Shown here: piece by piece, positions 63,440 through 64,000 of the stretch
Position numbering within the stretch: the stretch's first letter is position 1
How the letters are laid out: the number at the start of each line of letters is the position of its first letter
NCBI RefSeq assembly: GCF_006345805.1
Contig: NC_042997.1
Coordinates: 168,144,001-168,208,000, forward strand
Source of the DNA: Octopus sinensis
Lineage: Eukaryota
DNA length: 64,000 nucleotides
Reading direction: 5' to 3'
The notes under the pieces: model-generated
Databases searched by the model: none
Told to the model about the DNA's origin: nothing
The model's input: the letters and a program-made list of their open reading frames with translations, nothing else
Translations under genes and position numbers: made by a program

Positions 63440-64000
63440 TGAGGATGTCTTGGCATCACTCACCAAGTCCTTTGTGATCCGCTCTCTGGCTATCTATCTG
63501 TGGCTTTATATAGCTATGGTGCAACCTCACCTGGAATTTGCATCACCTGTCTGGAACCTCTATTTTGCCCAGGATATTAATCGTCTGAAAACCGCTCAGT
63601 GATGTGCAACCAAAAGAATACCCTCCATCAGGCATTTGCCATATCCTGAATGCCTTACTTCCCTGGGCATGGATACATTGAATCTCCAACGTTTGGCAGC
63701 TGACTTGGCAGACACCCATAAAATTATTAACCATCTTACAAACAATAACTCAGAGCACCTTTTCAAACTTCACCTGTCTAACACCTGTGGACATGTTTAC
63801 AAAGTCAGAAAACAGCACAGCTCCCATGACTTTCGGAAACCTTTTTTCACACTAAGAGTTGCTGAAGTATGGAACAAACTGCCGGCATCAGTTGTTAGCT
63901 GTCGGAGCACTGCATCCTTCAAAACTTCCATGCTTTCTGAGATTCGCCAACACTACACCTGATTTTCTCCCCTCCATACACACGCAAGCATGTATCTGAC
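63440..64000 (+). mobile_element. CR1/L2-like LINE 3' end
   Basis: Same family as 46680-47112 (ORF 63636-63962). Confidence 0.8.

Overview
AT-rich, repeat-dense eukaryotic DNA. The repeat content (RTE LINEs, tRNA/CORE-type SINEs, long (TA)n tracts) suggests an octopod cephalopod; this is an inference. Two host genes can be rebuilt from splice sites and recalled homology. The first is a complete 7-exon PIGC on + (39254-48177, 290 aa, all intron phases consistent). The second is the last three coding exons of TMEM104 on - (60558 to 55538; its 5' exons probably lie beyond the window). A third, unidentified gene probably starts at a CpG-rich promoter at ~18770 on - and may be built from micro-exons. 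Most of the rest is transposon debris: RTE and CR1-like LINEs, Penelope-like fragments, a Helitron, a Chapaev3-like element, Tigger/pogo, Tc1/mariner, piggyBac-type MITEs and SINEs. The most interesting signal is RNA-level. Three minimal type-I hammerhead ribozyme motifs are present. Two lie in an element whose order is Penelope GIY-YIG end, then a tRNA-like Pol III A/B-box head, then the hammerhead; the third belongs to a second family with a CCGACGA core variant. Other oddities: a 57-bp perfect copy of transposase sequence inside PIGC intron 1, a candidate poison exon in PIGC, two long near-perfect hairpins, and a palindromic mariner made of two 5' ends. Family and gene names rest on recalled motifs, not database searches.
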